Translations under genes and position numbers: made by a program
Part shown: in pieces, positions 60,101-64,000 of the stretch
Position numbering within the stretch: the first letter of the stretch is position 1
Layout of the letters: each line of letters begins with the position of its first letter
The notes under the pieces: generated by a model
The model's input: the letters and a program-made list of their open reading frames with translations, nothing else
Told to the model about the DNA's origin: nothing
Databases searched by the model: none
Source of the DNA: the human T2T-CHM13v2.0 reference genome, Homo sapiens
DNA length: 64,000 nucleotides
Assembly (NCBI RefSeq): GCF_009914755.1
Contig: NC_060926.1
Strand: one strand, 5' to 3'

Positions 60101-60853
60101 AAAGAAAAACAAGCACTTAAATCACTAAAAACATTTAGTCTAAATTAGGCAGGTCAGATATTAGGTTTGCTAAATGCTTTAAGGTCATAAACTACTTCTT
60201 TGACTTTTGAAGATTGTTCAACTCTCCTGTCTTACAGCTAGGTAAGGCCTGAGGACATTGGGATTTAGCCATGCCCCTAGCTATTCCAGAAAGAGACAGA
60301 CCTTATCTGTACTTCTGTCTGGTGTCCTAGGCTCCAAGCCTAGTGCATAATTAAAATCACTTACTTAGCAGGTTTTTCACCAAAAATAAAAATTGCTAAG
60401 ATTTAACATTGTAACAGGTAATTAAAACTGCTGAAAAAACATGCAAGTTATGTAAGGAAAATAAAATGTGTTTTTAGTAAAAGATTATAAGAAGGCATGG
60501 GAATGTAAATTTTTGCCTAGTTTAGAGGGTTAAAGGATTGTTTTAAATTAGGATAAAGCTAAAGGTTTGAACAAGTTGTGAAAGATTTCTGAAAAATTAA
60601 TTGTAAAAGATTCTGTGTATGAATACATTGGCTAAATTTAAAGGAGTACTATGCAGTTTTTTCTGTAAATTGAACATTGGAATGAAAGCACACCAGGGTT
60701 TTCTTAGAGCATTTATCTGCTCTTTAACAAAAATTTTTCAAGGGTTGTAGAAGGTTTATGAAAATCTCACCGTATGGTCAAACTGATTAAGATTGATAAA
60801 TTTGTCTATAAGCTTTTATTAAAGATTGGGGTTAACATTAATGGTACACTAAT

Positions 60854-61148
60854 GGCGGGGCACAGTGGCTCATGCCTGTAATCCCAGCACTTTGGGAGGC
60901 TGAGGCAGGCAGATCACCTGAGGTCAGTAGTTCAAGACTAGCCTGGCCAACATGGAGAAACCCCATCTCTACTAAATACAAAAATTAGCCGAGTGTTGTG
61001 GTGCATGCCTATAGTCCCACCTACTCAGGAGGCTGATGAGGCAGGAGAACTGCTTGAGCCCAGGAGGCAGAGGTTGCAGTGAGCTGAGATCACACCACTG
61101 CACTCAAGCCTGTGCAACGGAGTGAGACTCCGCCTAAAAAAAGAAAAA
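60854..61148 (+). mobile_element. Alu (AluSx-like) nested in the ERV
   Basis: Full dimer; TSD GTACACTAAT. Confidence 0.93.
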
Positions 61149-63149
61149 GTACACTAATGCAAGGGTAGAATTTGGCTTTCTCTTCTCTCTTAAACAAGAG
61201 TTTCATGTAGTATTAAAGGATAATGAAATATTTTTGTTTGCCTTTTGAATACCAAAAAAAGAAGGGGAAGACAAAAGATAGATTGTTTGGAAAACTGTCT
61301 TCTATCAATGAGTAAATGTTTTTGCCTTTTTAAAATTTTTGAGACATCATTTTGGCTAAGTGAATGACTTACAGTAACCTGGATTTTTATTTCATAATAT
61401 CAAGTGTTTTAAACCTTTAACATATTTGATAGGCTTCCTGAAATCAAATTTCAGCTTTAAAATTATCTTTTCTGACCTCTAACTTTGAGATGCTATAGAG
61501 GGTCCCTGAAGCATTCAAAAGAGAGGGAAACAGGATTATTTGACATGTTAAGTTACATGGGAAGCTTTGTCAAAATAAAAATTAATGTTTAACCCCCTTC
61601 AGTTTATATTTTAGTGAATATTAGTATATGTTCCAAAATTATATGGGATTTCTAAAATTTTAATATGTCCAAGTATATACTATCAATCATAATTATGGTT
61701 ATTAAGTTATTGTAAACCACAGAAATAACCAAATTTCTTTGTCAATTGTGTCTTTAACTGTGACTACTTAAAGTCAATTCACAGTTAATTCCTTAATGCT
61801 GATGCAGTTTCTGAAAACTTCACCAGCATGCAAAATCCTGGAATATGGTGTCTTTTAGGAGGTTCATGAAAGGATGGAAAGGACCCTGAAAAGTACAAGT
61901 TTCTGATAACTTTAAAATCATATCATTTGGACTGGGTAAGAATTCCTAGAACTTTAATGAGAAGACTGACTGGTTTATAAAACGGCTAACCCAAGTAGAA
62001 CAAAAATTAATTGAATACCAAGAAAATACTTTGCCAGATTTTTATGCTAAATCAGCTGATACTGAAATTGTTCAGATATACAATTTAAATGAACTCCATG
62101 ATCTAAGTTAAATTACCTATGATAAACCATCAGTCATCAGTGCTATGCACCTAAACTGGAGAAATATCTGGTATTCAGGAACACAAAAGTCCAATGTTAA
62201 TTAAGCACGGCCTCATGGAGAACCAGGACAGCTGCCTTGTTCTTCCTGAGTTCTTAGAGCTTTTGTTTTTAAAGGTCTACATTCTCTGACTCATCATGGA
62301 AAATAAAATAATTTAAATTAAATATATATTGGTGCGGTGACTTCTAAATTGAATAGTTTATGACTGATGTTTAGTTTATTGACCCATATTCCTGGGAAGA
62401 CAATCAAAGCTTCAGGTATATTTTGCTATCTGATGGGCCATTTAAACATTTCATTCATTTATTCATTGAATTTCATTCAATTATCATTTTCAATGCTTGT
62501 TTTCTGGTTGTATAAAAGTTGTTTTCCCATGCAAGAGGGCTGATGTTATAACAGTAGATTATTATTCCACATTATAATTTCACCAGGTAAAGAAAGCTTT
62601 TATGGTTCCCTGACTGAGGATAATCAACCCCTTCATAATTTAGAATCCAAAGATTGGATCTTCTGAGAACATCAGAGAAAGACTGCCCTTGCCATCCACA
62701 CTGCAACAAAACTTCAGAACCTTGAACCTTGGGTTCATAATCTCACAACAAAGAAGGGTCCCTCCATGTTCTTGGAGCTGTACACCCATTGGAACTCTTA
62801 AGGTAAAGCTAACCAGGGAAGTTTCTCCCCAGAAGATGGGATCCTTAATGTGAACAGCTTTTCCCAATATCACAGATCAAGATTTCTCTACTATCATGAG
62901 ACTTTTATCTTTGAATATTTTCCCTTCCTTATGCCTCTATAAACACTAGGAGTGAAAAGGGGGTCTGTTGTGTACACTTATAGGGTATGATTTTATTTGT
63001 GAAGGATTTTGCAGCCAGCGTTATACATGGATAACTTTATACCTTGATGGATGACAGATGAGGGACCAATGTAGGTGAGAAACTTTAATGGTACATACAT
63101 TGCCTCCTAATCAGTCAGAAATAAAACATTAGTTCACTCCTCTTAATCC

Positions 63150-63680
63150 ACATCATAAGTTAAAGAGAATATTGCCAGGAGGCCTTCATTCTTCTAGAAG
63201 GGCATCATTTGTTAGGTCCTTTTTCCATGGTTTGGAGTAAAAGAAGCAATGATTTAAAATGTATCCCTCATGATAAACTCTATAGCAGATTCTACTGTAA
63301 AGGCTATAGTTATACAACAGAATTTAAATTATCTTGTGAAAGTTATGCTAACTAATCAAATTGCTCTAGATTATTTACTGGCTAAACAGAAGTATCTGTG
63401 CAGCTGCTGGCACTTGTGGCCTGTGGAGAAATACATCACATCAGGTATTATAGAGATTCAGTTGTAGGGGACTAGCCAAGAGGCTGCTTAGTTAAGTAGG
63501 TAGACTCTTTATCTAGCTCATTCTTTGATCTATTTGATTTTATATGGTTTGGTTTATGGGGACCCTGGGTAAGGCGAATACTGTAAACTCTTGGTATTAT
63601 CCTCCCAATAGTCATAATAGTAGTCTCCCTGGTGTGCTATATTCTCTCAAAGGTTTTAAATGTTTGCGTGCAGCCATCTC
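63150..63680 (+). pseudogene. Degenerate ERV env transmembrane subunit
   Basis: Furin-like KLKR, immunosuppressive-domain-like LTNQIALDYLLA, and hydrophobic anchor LGIILPIVIIVVSLVCYIL, separated by stops and frameshifts. Confidence 0.7.
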
Positions 63681-64000
63681 TAAAGGGTCAAATGGTCTGT
63701 CTTCAACTGGCATGACAAGATCTGAAAGAAAAGTGTGATCATGAGGACACCACAACCTATGAATGACATGCTGAGACTGGAAACTCAAAATGATGGTAAC
63801 TGAGAGTGCTGCTAAGGTCCTAAATTTTGGTTACACTCTCACCTAAGAGAACCTGAACAAAAAAGGAATTTTTTTAAACAAAATTATGAGAGGCCATTGT
63901 TTTGGACTGAGCTTATGCACTAGGCCCCAACAGACCAAACCAAACCAAAACAGAGTCACTAGTGCTAAATGTGACATAATCAAACTAAGACTTTAAGGAA

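Larger units (their letters stand above)
57136..64000 (+). mobile_element. MER57-type ERV internal region (non-autonomous, decayed pol/env), continues beyond right edge
   Basis: Follows LTR and PBS; integrase-tail remnant TATKLQNLEPWVH at ~62700; env TM remnants at 63150-63680. Confidence 0.8.

Overview
Human (primate) genomic DNA containing the 5' part of the calpain-13 gene (CAPN13) on the minus strand. It has a probable TATA promoter and non-coding first exon (~37558-37700), then four coding exons (17379-17608, 7819-7891, 6183-6298, 567-703). These splice in frame through GT-AG junctions and encode residues 1 to ~175, including the catalytic Cys93 motif QGGAADCW; the gene continues off the left edge. 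The rest is intronic or upstream sequence dense in transposable elements: about 12 Alu-family insertions (many with visible TSDs), a 4.9 kb 5'-truncated L1PA4-like element with a perfect 15 bp TSD, old L1M fragments, MLT/MER LTRs, DNA-transposon MITEs (MER85, MADE1, MADE2, MER3, MER5) and a MER57A-type provirus with a tRNA-Leu PBS and decayed pol/env running off the right edge. Nearly all other ORFs in the track are noise or repeat-derived. I found no convincing wholly new biological system. The best leads are a Kozak-flanked uORF in exon 1, a possible second upstream first exon bracketed by inverted L1 3' ends, an in-frame skippable/circularisable exon 3-4 block carrying the catalytic Cys, an intact MER85 (CSB-PGBD3 target), a duplicated ~97 bp upstream block, a rearranged MADE1 hairpin and an ERV whose 3' LTR-like start does not match its 5' LTR. 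Repeat subfamily names come from recalled consensus sequences, not a database search.
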